Counted from the first letter of the stretch, positions 1 to 8,136 are shown. The stretch is 17,539 bases of DNA from Fusobacteriota bacterium (GCA_051746725.1 JBNJFI010000041.1:1-17539); one strand, 5' to 3'. A program made the numbers and translations. The notes: a model not told the origin generated them from the letters alone.

Positions 1-179
1 CAACTATCTAAATCTTATACTATCTAAATATTATTATTTTAAACAAAATTTCCAATTATATTCTTCGTCTCTAACATATTTATTATAACAAATTTAAGAA
101 AAATTTTAAACACTATTTATTAATATATTTAGCTAATCCCTTATCCATATTGTAGTTTCAAAGTAGATTTTCAGAATTA

Positions 180-1202
180 CTAAAAACCCAAATAAAAATC
201 CATTAAATCATTTGTATGATGTCCTTCTTTATCTCCAGATTCCCAATAAAATAGATTTTCTGCTCCATCTGACTTAAAATTAACTGGTTCCCAGATAAAA
301 GCACCTAATCCTTCTGGCACACTGAAAATAATATCATTTACCTCTTCTTTATGTTTAGAATATTCCGCAATAACAATATCATAATCATATTCTTTGGATA
401 TATCTTCCACTCTAACTTCTAGATCTTCCGTGGTCCCATGGTGTTGAGGATAATAAGATAATCCAATTATATCAAAATCTAACTCATTATGATCAATCTT
501 TTCTAGCCAGCTAGTTACATCGTCAGCTGTGGTATGAAGCATTATTTTAGTTTCTGGAGAATTATTGCGAACTGCTAATATTCCTTTTTCCAATAACTGC
601 TTAAAATTTTCTTTATTACTTATTCTACCTGTGTCCCATAAAAAACCACCGGTGATTTCATTTCCTATTTGAATCATATCAATATCTATTTCAGCTTTTT
701 TGAACTCCTCTATCGTTTGGGAAGTGTAATCATACATTTTATCCTTTAATTCAGATAATTCTAAACCCTGCCATGCAACAGGTTTTTGCTGATTACCTGG
801 ATCAGCCCAAGTATCACTATAATGTAAATCAATTAGGAGTTTTAAGCCCTTTTCTTTTACTCGTTTTGCAAAATCAATTGTTCTTTCTAAACCACAAAAT
901 TCCTCTTCTTGCTTTCTTAAAACATTGTAACTTTTGTAGCCCCCGTTAGAATTTGGATCTACAAAAACTCTTAATCGGATATAATTAAATCCGTGTTCTG
1001 CAAATATATCCAAGGAGTCTTTTTTGCTTCCTTCGTCAAAAAAGTTAACTTTCCAGTATTCCTCTTGGTCTACAAATGAGATATCTGCTCCTACAATTTT
1101 TTCAGTTGGCGAATCAATGATTTTTTCATCCTTAGAATTTTCTTTATCGTATATACATCCTGTTATTATAATTAAAACACTTATTAATATTATTTTTTTC
1201 AT
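180..1202 (-). CDS. Glycoside hydrolase family 53 arabinogalactan endo-beta-1,4-galactanase, predicted lipoprotein
   Basis: GH53 motifs GADIS, NYIRLRVFVDP, IDLHYSDTWADPGNQQKPVAW, QIGNEI (acid/base Glu), IIGLSYYP, IAEY (nucleophile Glu), FIWEP. N-terminal MKK plus hydrophobic stretch and ITGC lipobox (Cys16). SD AAGGAG 5 nt before ATG. Confidence 0.9.
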   Translation of the reverse strand: MKKIILISVLIIITGCIYDKENSKDEKIIDSPTEKIVGADISFVDQEEYWKVNFFDEGSKKDSLDIFAEHGFNYIRLRVFVDPNSNGGYKSYNVLRKQEEEFCGLERTIDFAKRVKEKGLKLLIDLHYSDTWADPGNQQKPVAWQGLELSELKDKMYDYTSQTIEEFKKAEIDIDMIQIGNEITGGFLWDTGRISNKENFKQLLEKGILAVRNNSPETKIMLHTTADDVTSWLEKIDHNELDFDIIGLSYYPQHHGTTEDLEVRVEDISKEYDYDIVIAEYSKHKEEVNDIIFSVPEGLGAFIWEPVNFKSDGAENLFYWESGDKEGHHTNDLMDFYLGF

Positions 1203-1289
1203 CTCTACTCCTTATTATTGAATTAAAAATCTTCTTTGACTACATCCAGATTTATTTCTGATTCTTAATCCTTTTTTTATAAATAGAAG

Positions 1290-2411
1290 TTAAAATCTTG
1301 TTTCTACTTTCCCCATTTTTTTTAACAATATCTCTCCTGGATTCTTAAAACTAACTTCTTTTGGATTAAAAACAGATGGCTGATAATTACTAGGTATCCA
1401 GCCAACAAGTTGTTGTCTATATTCTTCATCAAGGTTTGATTCATCTTTAGGTTTCATAGCTTCAAATACTTCTTCATACCCCCCGGGCCCACCAGAATCT
1501 TCTAAAGGACCAGCCAATTCTCCATCCAAGCATCTTGGGTATTCAATATCCTCTTTAGCTGGATATACGTCTTCTATCTCAATTCTATGTTCCCAATAAT
1601 CTCCAAAATCATAAATATAATTTATTTCTTGAATATCCCTTTTCATATAATCAGATATTTTTTGAGTCCAAGAAGGCAATTCATCGTTTAAATCACTGGG
1701 AACCCCTATTCTCAATATATCATTTAACATTTTATCCCTCACTTGAAATTCATGCATATGATACCCTTTCCACCCTACAGCTCCTTGGATAGCAACATTT
1801 AAATCAAAAAAAGTATAATTGGCAGGAATCTCTATAACTCTCCATATTTTAGGCTCAATATCTCTTAAAGTAATTCGCACCCTATAAACCTTATCATAAT
1901 TTCTTCCAAATCTTTCTATTAATTCATTTTCCAAATAGTCTATCCCATACTCATATTTTGTATTGAGCATAAGTCGCCTATTTAATTCTAAATTTATAGG
2001 GATATTTACAATATTTTCTATAGGTAGATATCCACCAATTATAGCTTCTAACATCATTTTAGGATCTCTCATATGTGATATAACAGATCGACTATATGTT
2101 TTAGTAAAATTTATCTCATCTATCTTATTAAAATATTTTTCGATATACTTTTTATCTATTCTATCTTCTTCCAATACCTTTCTTATAGATTTTAATATTA
2201 TCTCATCTAATTTTTTAAATTCAGCTTTTTTTAAACCATATAAAAATATTACATATTTAGTTTTTACATTCATAAGTAAAACACATTTTCTTCTGTTTAA
2301 TTTTATAAGATTTGCATGCCAGTTATAAAAATCATCCGTTTTTTCTTCTTCTATGGATTTTATTTCAAAATCCAACTCTTTCCGTAATTTTCCTGTACAA
2401 TTAATATTCAT
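1290..2411 (-). CDS. DUF6933-like N-terminal domain fused to plasmid pRiA4b ORF-3 family domain; function unknown
   Basis: N-terminal CTGKL...WHANL...RRKCVLLMNVKTKY pattern. C-terminal PKIWRVIEIP...IQGAVGW..YHMHEF...YIYDFGDYWEHRIEIE...YPRCLDG...PLEDSGGPGGY typical of pRiA4b ORF-3. SD AAGGGAG upstream. Confidence 0.8.
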   Translation of the reverse strand: MNINCTGKLRKELDFEIKSIEEEKTDDFYNWHANLIKLNRRKCVLLMNVKTKYVIFLYGLKKAEFKKLDEIILKSIRKVLEEDRIDKKYIEKYFNKIDEINFTKTYSRSVISHMRDPKMMLEAIIGGYLPIENIVNIPINLELNRRLMLNTKYEYGIDYLENELIERFGRNYDKVYRVRITLRDIEPKIWRVIEIPANYTFFDLNVAIQGAVGWKGYHMHEFQVRDKMLNDILRIGVPSDLNDELPSWTQKISDYMKRDIQEINYIYDFGDYWEHRIEIEDVYPAKEDIEYPRCLDGELAGPLEDSGGPGGYEEVFEAMKPKDESNLDEEYRQQLVGWIPSNYQPSVFNPKEVSFKNPGEILLKKMGKVETRF

Positions 2412-2427
2412 TATTCCATCTCCCTTG

Positions 2428-2450
2428 GTTTTAGTTTTAGTTTTAGTTTT
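2428..2450. repeat. Short tandem repeat (GTTTTA)x3 plus GTTTT
   Basis: gttttagttttagttttagtttt read directly, just upstream of the SD of the 1290..2411 gene. Confidence 0.85.
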
Positions 2451-2508
2451 TATTATATTTTAATTTTAATATCTCCTTTTAGCATCGCCTTATAATTCTC
2501 GTTATTAT

Positions 2509-2537
2509 ATTATAACCTTTTTTGCAATTAATATCAA
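2509..2537 (-). promoter_or_regulatory. sigma70/sigmaA-type promoter for the pRiA4b ORF-3 gene
   Basis: Minus strand TTGATA (2537-2532), 17 nt spacer, TATAAT (2514-2509). Confidence 0.65.
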
Positions 2538-2546
2538 AAATAAAGC

Positions 2547-2575
2547 TTGACTTTTTGTATGAATTATCTTATTAT
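2547..2575 (+). promoter_or_regulatory. sigma70/sigmaA-type promoter for the permease-permease-SHOCT-csoR operon
   Basis: TTGACT (2547-2552), 17 nt spacer, TATTAT (2570-2575). Confidence 0.75.
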
Positions 2576-2599
2576 ATAGGTGTGGGGGGTATACCCACA
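2574..2599. promoter_or_regulatory. CsoR-family operator overlapping -10/+1
   Basis: ATATAGGTGTGGGGGGTATACCCACA: G6 tract flanked by TATA elements, the known CsoR/RcnR/CstR operator architecture. It stands out as a G/C-rich patch in AT-rich intergenic DNA, and csoR is the last gene of the operon. Confidence 0.8.
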
Positions 2600-2628
2600 A
2601 AATAAAAAATCAAACCAAGGAGGTAAAT

Positions 2629-3108
2629 ATGAAATATTTGTATATTTTAACAGTAATTGTTTTAATAATTTCAGTTATCAAAGACAAAGAAAAGACGAAA
2701 ATGGGTATTAAAAAGGGAGTTAAAAAGTTTAATAAAATACTACCAAAGTACCTTATGTTGCTAATAATTATATCTGTTATATTATTAATTTCAGAAGATT
2801 TCATAATCAAATATTTAAGCCAAGATAATATTTGGTTGGGAACTATACTTAGTGTGGCAATTGGATCAGTTACTATGATGCCAGGTTTTATAGCTTATCC
2901 ACTTGCAGGTGTACTTTTACAAAAAGGAGTTCCATTTATAATCTTAGGTGGATTTGTATCTTCTCTTATGTTAGTTGGAGTAGTAACTTATCCAGTAGAA
3001 AAAGAGTACTTTGGTCATAGAGTTACAATAATAAGAAACTTATTTGGAGTCTTAATATCTTTGGGAATAGCCATTGGTATTGGATTCTTTTATGGGGAGG
3101 TTTTATAG
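2629..3108 (+). CDS. Small integral membrane permease subunit (DUF318/ArsP_1-like half permease)
   Basis: 159 aa with about 5 hydrophobic segments; motif GSVTMMPGFIAYPLAGVLLQKG...VGVVTYPVEKEYFG. SD AAGGAGG 5 nt before ATG. Confidence 0.7.
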   Translation: MKYLYILTVIVLIISVIKDKEKTKMGIKKGVKKFNKILPKYLMLLIIISVILLISEDFIIKYLSQDNIWLGTILSVAIGSVTMMPGFIAYPLAGVLLQKGVPFIILGGFVSSLMLVGVVTYPVEKEYFGHRVTIIRNLFGVLISLGIAIGIGFFYGEVL

Positions 3109-3630
3109 ATGAATAAAAGAAAAATGAATTTTTTAATATTTGGAATATTTGTTTTACTAATAGTTGTATCTTACTTTATAAATTTTGAATTAGGAGTAAA
3201 TATGGGAAGAAATTTCTTTATTTTTGCTAAAGATATGGTTTTAATTCTTCCGCCAGCTTTTATACTTATAGGACTTTTTGATGTATGGGCTAGTCATGAT
3301 GCCATTGAAAAATCTTTTGGACATACATCTGGTATAAAAAAATATTTTTATGCAATCGCACTTGCTGCAACCACTGTTGGAGGTACATTTGTAGCTTTTC
3401 CAGTTGCAAATAGTCTTTATCATAAAGGCGCAGGATATGATTCAATAATTACATATGTTACAGCAGCTAGTCTATTTATGATACCTATGAGTTTAATGGA
3501 AGCTTCAATATTGGGGCCAAAATTTACACTACTTAGACTAGGTTTATCAGTTCCTCTTATTTTAATAACAGCTAATATTTTAAAATACTACCTGAATAAA
3601 ATTGATTATAAATTACCAAAAGTAGAATAA
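3109..3630 (+). CDS. Second small integral membrane permease subunit (DUF318/ArsP_1-like half permease)
   Basis: 173 aa, hydrophobic; motif ILPPAFILIGLFDVW...GGTFVAFPVANSLYHKGAG...IPMSLMEASILGPKFTLLR, paralogous in pattern to the upstream gene. ATG directly abuts the upstream TAG, with SD GGGGAGG inside the upstream gene. Confidence 0.7.
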   Translation: MNKRKMNFLIFGIFVLLIVVSYFINFELGVNMGRNFFIFAKDMVLILPPAFILIGLFDVWASHDAIEKSFGHTSGIKKYFYAIALAATTVGGTFVAFPVANSLYHKGAGYDSIITYVTAASLFMIPMSLMEASILGPKFTLLRLGLSVPLILITANILKYYLNKIDYKLPKVE

Positions 3631-3654
3631 TATAAGCAAAAAAGGAGGAGAATT

Positions 3655-3861
3655 ATGTGTTTTACCAGCTTTGGAAGTAGTTATTTAGTAACAATAATTT
3701 GGATTGCTCTAATAGCTTTAATCGCCTGGACTATATTTGAAGGAGTTTATAATAACTTTTTCAAAAAAGATAGCGAAGCTTTGAGAATTTTAAAGAAACG
3801 ATATGCAGAAGGTGAAATTGACAAAAAAGAGTTTAAAGAAAAAAGAAAAGATATAAAATAA
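3655..3861 (+). CDS. SHOCT-domain small membrane protein
   Basis: One TM helix followed by ALRILKKRYAEGEIDKKEFKEKR, the SHOCT signature. SD AAGGAGG upstream. Confidence 0.85.
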   Translation: MCFTSFGSSYLVTIIWIALIALIAWTIFEGVYNNFFKKDSEALRILKKRYAEGEIDKKEFKEKRKDIK

Positions 3862-3879
3862 ATAATATGAGGTGATATT

Positions 3880-4179
3880 ATGGAAAATGATAACTGCCAT
3901 ATGAATGGAAAACACCATTCAGAAGAGTTTAAGAAAAAAATTGGTACAAGATTAAAAAGAATTGAAGGTCAAGTTCGAGGAATTAATAAAATGATCCAAA
4001 ACGATGTATATTGTGATGACATTTTAAATCAAATTACTTCTATAAGATCTGCTTTAAGCGGAGTTAGTACTTTACTTTTAGAAGCCCACATAGAAAGCTG
4101 TGTAATAGATAAGATTAAAAATGATGACGATGAAGTGATTCAAGAACTTTCTAAAACTATTCGAAAAATGCTAAAATAA
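3880..4179 (+). CDS. csoR: Metal-sensing transcriptional repressor, CsoR family, Cu(I)-sensing fingerprint
   Basis: RLKRIEGQVRGI...YC..IL.QI motif. Ligands C45, H70, C74 plus second-shell Y44 and E89, matching the B. subtilis CsoR arrangement. SD GAGGTGA. Confidence 0.88.
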   Translation: MENDNCHMNGKHHSEEFKKKIGTRLKRIEGQVRGINKMIQNDVYCDDILNQITSIRSALSGVSTLLLEAHIESCVIDKIKNDDDEVIQELSKTIRKMLK

Positions 4180-4189
4180 ATATAACGTT

Positions 4190-4226
4190 AAAAAAGACAG
4201 GAGAATTAAACTCTCCTGTCTTTTTT
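4190..4226. terminator. Bidirectional intrinsic terminator between csoR and gdhA
   Basis: AAAAAAGACAGGAGA, 7 nt loop, TCTCCTGTCTTTTTT: perfect inverted repeat with A- and T-tracts between convergent genes. Confidence 0.92.
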
Positions 4227-4232
4227 GTATAT

Positions 4233-5573
4233 TTATATTACTCCATGATCTATCATTGTATCTGCAACTTTTACAAATCCTGCTATATTTGCTCCTAATA
4301 CGTAATTTCCTTCATCTCCATATTCTTTTGAAGCTTCATAAGCAGCTGAATGAATATCTTTCATAATTCTTTTTAATTCATTATCAACTTTTTCTCTAGT
4401 CCATGAAATACGACTTGAGTTTTGACCCATTTCTAATCCAGATACTGCAACTCCACCTGCATTAGCTGCTTTTCCTGGACCATATAATATACCTGCATCT
4501 AGGAATTTTTCAACACCTTCTGGAACAGTTGGCATGTTCGCTCCTTCAGAAACTAGCATACAACCATTATCAAGTAACGCTTGAGCATCATCTGCATCTA
4601 TTTCGTTTTGAGTTGCCGATGGGAATGCACAATCACATTTTACTCCCCATGGTTTTTCTCCTTCGAAATACTCTACGCCATCATATTTAGCAGCATATTC
4701 TTTAATTCTTCCTCTTTTTACATTTTTTAATTCTTTTACATATTCTAATTTTTCAGTAGTTATTCCATCTTTGTCATAAATATATCCAGATGAATCAGAT
4801 AAAGTAACAACTTTAGCTCCTAATTCATTTAATTTTTCTACTGTATATTGAGCTACATTTCCAGAACCTGAAACTACACATGTCTTACCTTCAAAAGTGT
4901 CATTTTTAGTTTCTAACATCTCTTTGGCAAAATAAACACAACCATATCCAGTTGCTTCTGTTCTAATTAAAGAACCTCCCCAGTTTAAACCTTTTCCAGT
5001 TAAAACTCCAGTATTTTCATTTTTTAACTTTTTATATTGTCCATACATATACCCTATTTCTCTTGCTCCTGTTCCTATATCTCCTGCAGGAACATCAGTA
5101 TCTGGTCCTATATGTTTTGAAAGTTCTGTCATAAACGCTTGACAAAATTTCATTATTTCATTATCAGATTTTCCTTTTGGATCAAAATCAGATCCACCTT
5201 TTCCTCCACCCATAGGTAAAGTAGTTAATGAATTTTTAAATATTTGTTCAAAACCTAAGAATTTTAAAACTCCTAAGTTTACCGTTGGATGTAATCTTAA
5301 CCCACCTTTATAAGGTCCTATTGCACTATTATACTGAACTCTGTATCCTCTATTTACTTGAATCTCTCCTGAATCGTCTACCCAAGAAACTCTAAACATA
5401 ATAACTCTTTCTGGTTCAACTATTCTTTCTAAAATTTTATGTTCTTCATATTTTGGATTTTTTTCAATTACTGGAGCTAAAGATTCCAAAACCTCCTCGG
5501 CAGCCTGTAAAAATTCAGGTTGATCTGCATTTTTTTCTCTTACTTTTTCTAAAACATCATTTACATATGACAT
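4233..5573 (-). CDS. gdhA: NADP-specific glutamate dehydrogenase; start revised from 5606 to 5573 (446 aa)
   Basis: GPYKGGLRLHP, LPMGGGKGGSDFDPKG, DVPAGDIG, GSGNVAQY, EGANMPT, KAANAGGVAVSGLEM. SDSSG and KRGR motifs fit NADP preference. SD AGGAGG lies just upstream of ATG 5573; none is seen at 5606. Confidence 0.95.
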   Translation of the reverse strand: MSYVNDVLEKVREKNADQPEFLQAAEEVLESLAPVIEKNPKYEEHKILERIVEPERVIMFRVSWVDDSGEIQVNRGYRVQYNSAIGPYKGGLRLHPTVNLGVLKFLGFEQIFKNSLTTLPMGGGKGGSDFDPKGKSDNEIMKFCQAFMTELSKHIGPDTDVPAGDIGTGAREIGYMYGQYKKLKNENTGVLTGKGLNWGGSLIRTEATGYGCVYFAKEMLETKNDTFEGKTCVVSGSGNVAQYTVEKLNELGAKVVTLSDSSGYIYDKDGITTEKLEYVKELKNVKRGRIKEYAAKYDGVEYFEGEKPWGVKCDCAFPSATQNEIDADDAQALLDNGCMLVSEGANMPTVPEGVEKFLDAGILYGPGKAANAGGVAVSGLEMGQNSSRISWTREKVDNELKRIMKDIHSAAYEASKEYGDEGNYVLGANIAGFVKVADTMIDHGVI

Positions 5574-5644
5574 ATTTCCCCTCCTAATATTATTTTGGTA
5601 AAACATGACCTTTTCCAGGTCAAAAACTACTCTGTACGATAATT

Positions 5645-5673
5645 AGTATACACCAGAAAATAATTTTAGTCAA
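5645..5673 (-). promoter_or_regulatory. sigma70/sigmaA-type promoter of gdhA
   Basis: Minus strand TTGACT (5673-5668), 17 nt spacer, TATACT (5650-5645). Confidence 0.75.
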
Positions 5674-5749
5674 GAAAATATTAAAATAAGTCTATTTTTT
5701 AATTATTTTTTTTTATGATTCCAATCTATTTTTAATTTCCTAAATAATC

Positions 5750-5788
5750 AAAAAAGCTCTGCCAATATTACATTGACAAAGCTTTTTT
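5750..5788 (-). terminator. Intrinsic terminator of the glutamine synthetase gene
   Basis: Minus-strand RNA GCUUUGUCAAU..AUUGGCAGAGC followed by U6. The stem uses G-U pairs that form only on the minus strand. It starts 18 nt after the stop codon. Confidence 0.85.
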
Positions 5789-5806
5789 GATATATTTTAT
5801 TTATTT

Positions 5807-7936
5807 TTATAAGTTATATAACAATTCTTCATATGTTGGGAATGGCCAATCTTTTTTGTCAACCAAAGCCTCAAGGTTATCAGCATAAACTCTAACTGAG
5901 TTTAACTTAGGCAATACATTATCTTTATAATCTACTGCTTGCTCATAATCGTCTGCAACATTTTGAGCATCTACCAACGCTTCTTCAAGTTTTAATACTT
6001 CTTCTTTTAATCCAGCTATATTTTTATTTACAGCTTCTAAAACTCTTTCTTGAGCAGAAGTATCCATGTCTTTAGAAACAGATTTTATAGATTGAATTGT
6101 ATCAGCTAGTTTTTTAGCATAATCATTTGCTGCAGGGAATATTTGTGTATTAGCTATTTCAACTACTAATCCTGCTTCAATATTTACTTGCATACTATAT
6201 GCTTCTGAATAAGCATTATATCTAGATATTAATTCTTCCTTAGTAAATATTCCTCTTTTAGAGAATACTTCAACTATATGATCAGCTATTCCAACTGGTA
6301 ATGCATCAACAGTTGTTTTTAAGTTAGCTAATCCTCTTTTTTCAGCTTCAACTATCCAGTCATCAGAATATCCATCTCCGTCAAATACAACTCTTCCATG
6401 TTCTTTATATATATCTCTAATTACATTATTTATTTCAGCATCAATATCACTAGCTTTTTCTAATTTATCAGCTATTTCTCCTAAAACATCTGCAACTACA
6501 GTATTAAGTATAACATTTGGTCCAGATATTGATTGAGAAGAAGCAGGCATTCTAAATTCAAATTTATTTCCAGTGAATGCAAATGGTGAAGTTCTGTTTC
6601 TATCAGTTAAATCTTTTGGTATTTCAGGTATTGAATCTGTTCCCAAAGATAATTTACCACTTTCTGAAACTTCTAATTTTTTACCATTAGCTATTTTTTC
6701 AAATATAGTAGTTAAAGCTCCTCCTAAAAATATTGATATTATTGCAGGTGGTGCTTCATTTGCCCCTAATCTATGATCATTTCCAGCATTTCCCGCTGAA
6801 AGTCTTAACATTGGAGCATACATATCTACAGCTTTTATTACTGCCGCTGTAAATAATAAAAATTGTTTGTTTTTTTCAGGATTAGAACCAGGTTCTAATA
6901 AATTCATTCCATCATCTGTTCCCATTGACCAGTTATTATGTTTACCAGATCCATTTATTCCTGCAAATGGTTTTTCATGTAATAATGCAACTAAATCATG
7001 TCTTCCAGCAACTTTTCTTATTGTATCCATTACCAATTGATTTTGATCTGTTGCAACATTTGAACTTGAAAACACAGCTGCTATTTCAAATTGATTTGGT
7101 GCAACTTCATTATGTTTCGTTTTAGCTGATACTCCCAATCTCCATAACTCAGTATCTAGCTCTCTCATAAAAGCTGCTACTCTTTCTTTTATTGTTCCAA
7201 AATAGTGATCATCCATCTCTTGACCTTTTGCAGGTAATTTCCCGAATAAAGTTCTTCCTGCTAATTTAAGGTCTGATCTTTTTTGATAATATTCTTTATC
7301 TATTAAGAAATACTCTTGTTCTGCTCCAACTGTTGTAGTTACTTTTTCAGTAGTTGTATTCCCCAATGCTCTTAATACTCTTAAAGCTTCATCTCCTAAT
7401 ACATCCATTGATCTCAATAGAGGAACTTTTTTGTCTAAAGCCTCTCCAGTATATGATACAAATGCTGTAGGTATGTATAAAGTAGTTCCTGAGTTATCTT
7501 CTTTTAAAAATGCAGGTGAAGTTATATCCCATGCAGTATATCCCCTTGCTTCAAATGTTTCTCTCAATCCACCATTTGGAAAAGAAGATGCATCTGGTTC
7601 ACCTTGGATAAGCTCTTTTCCTGAAAATTCCATCATAACACTACCTTCTCCTGTTGGATTAATAAAGCTATCATGTTTTTCTGCAGTTAATCCAGTTAAA
7701 GGTTGAAACCAGTGAGTATAATGTGTAGCTCCTTTTTCCATTGCCCAATCTTTCATAGCACCAGCAATCACCTCTGCTATGTTTAATGACATTTCCTTGT
7801 CACCATTTTGAATTTTCTTAAATTCCTTATAAATACTTTTTGGTAATCTTGATTTCATTTCCAAGTCATTAAAACAGTTTGATCCATACACCTCTTTTAA
7901 AGAAGTTTCTGTAAAATCTACAATTCTTTCTTTCAT
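5807..7936 (-). CDS. glnA: Glutamine synthetase type III
   Basis: 709 aa; GSIII motifs [120 protein letters not shown]. Confidence 0.96.
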   Translation of the reverse strand: MKERIVDFTETSLKEVYGSNCFNDLEMKSRLPKSIYKEFKKIQNGDKEMSLNIAEVIAGAMKDWAMEKGATHYTHWFQPLTGLTAEKHDSFINPTGEGSVMMEFSGKELIQGEPDASSFPNGGLRETFEARGYTAWDITSPAFLKEDNSGTTLYIPTAFVSYTGEALDKKVPLLRSMDVLGDEALRVLRALGNTTTEKVTTTVGAEQEYFLIDKEYYQKRSDLKLAGRTLFGKLPAKGQEMDDHYFGTIKERVAAFMRELDTELWRLGVSAKTKHNEVAPNQFEIAAVFSSSNVATDQNQLVMDTIRKVAGRHDLVALLHEKPFAGINGSGKHNNWSMGTDDGMNLLEPGSNPEKNKQFLLFTAAVIKAVDMYAPMLRLSAGNAGNDHRLGANEAPPAIISIFLGGALTTIFEKIANGKKLEVSESGKLSLGTDSIPEIPKDLTDRNRTSPFAFTGNKFEFRMPASSQSISGPNVILNTVVADVLGEIADKLEKASDIDAEINNVIRDIYKEHGRVVFDGDGYSDDWIVEAEKRGLANLKTTVDALPVGIADHIVEVFSKRGIFTKEELISRYNAYSEAYSMQVNIEAGLVVEIANTQIFPAANDYAKKLADTIQSIKSVSKDMDTSAQERVLEAVNKNIAGLKEEVLKLEEALVDAQNVADDYEQAVDYKDNVLPKLNSVRVYADNLEALVDKKDWPFPTYEELLYNL

Positions 7937-8019
7937 TATTATTTCTCCTCTCCCTAACTTTTTTATTTTAATTTTTTATAAACAAAATTATAAGCCAATT
8001 TAAATTATAGTTCTTTCTG

Positions 8020-8061
8020 TAAGTAATACTTTGTACGTGATACTTTCTAAGCAATACTTTT
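8020..8061. repeat. Three tandem imperfect 14-bp direct repeats in the glnA leader
   Basis: TAAGTAATACTTTG / TACGTGATACTTTC / TAAGCAATACTTTT at 8020, 8034, 8048. Confidence 0.85.
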
Positions 8062-8107
8062 TTGAAATCTCCTTTCCTTGGATCTTATTTATTTCAAGTC
8101 TAAAATC

Positions 8108-8136
8108 ATTATATTACTTTTTCGTCTATTTGTAAA
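8108..8136 (-). promoter_or_regulatory. sigma70/sigmaA-type promoter of glnA, giving a leader of about 165 nt
   Basis: Minus strand TTTACA (8136-8131), 17 nt spacer, TATAAT (8113-8108). Confidence 0.7.

Noticed and set aside
1262..1275. Exact 14-mer TTCTTAATCCTTTT also found at 17100-17113
   Set aside because: Low-complexity AT-rich word upstream of unrelated genes; such matches are expected by chance at this composition.
1290..2411. Calling the pRiA4b ORF-3 gene a mobile element
   Set aside because: No transposase, integrase, terminal inverted repeats or target-site duplication were seen.
2428..2450. GTTTTAG units resembling the start of type II CRISPR repeats
   Set aside because: Simple hexamer tandem repeat with no spacers, no 30-36 bp repeats and no cas genes.
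5574..5606. N-terminal extension MFYQNNIRRGN of GdhA
   Set aside because: This stretch contains the SD (AGGAGGGG) of ATG 5573, and ATG 5606 has no SD.
7968..8054. 28-codon TTG-start uORF in the glnA leader ([28 protein letters not shown])
   Set aside because: The nearest SD-like AAGGAG is 14 nt away and inside a stem, there is no Gln/Glu enrichment, and no attenuator hairpin follows.
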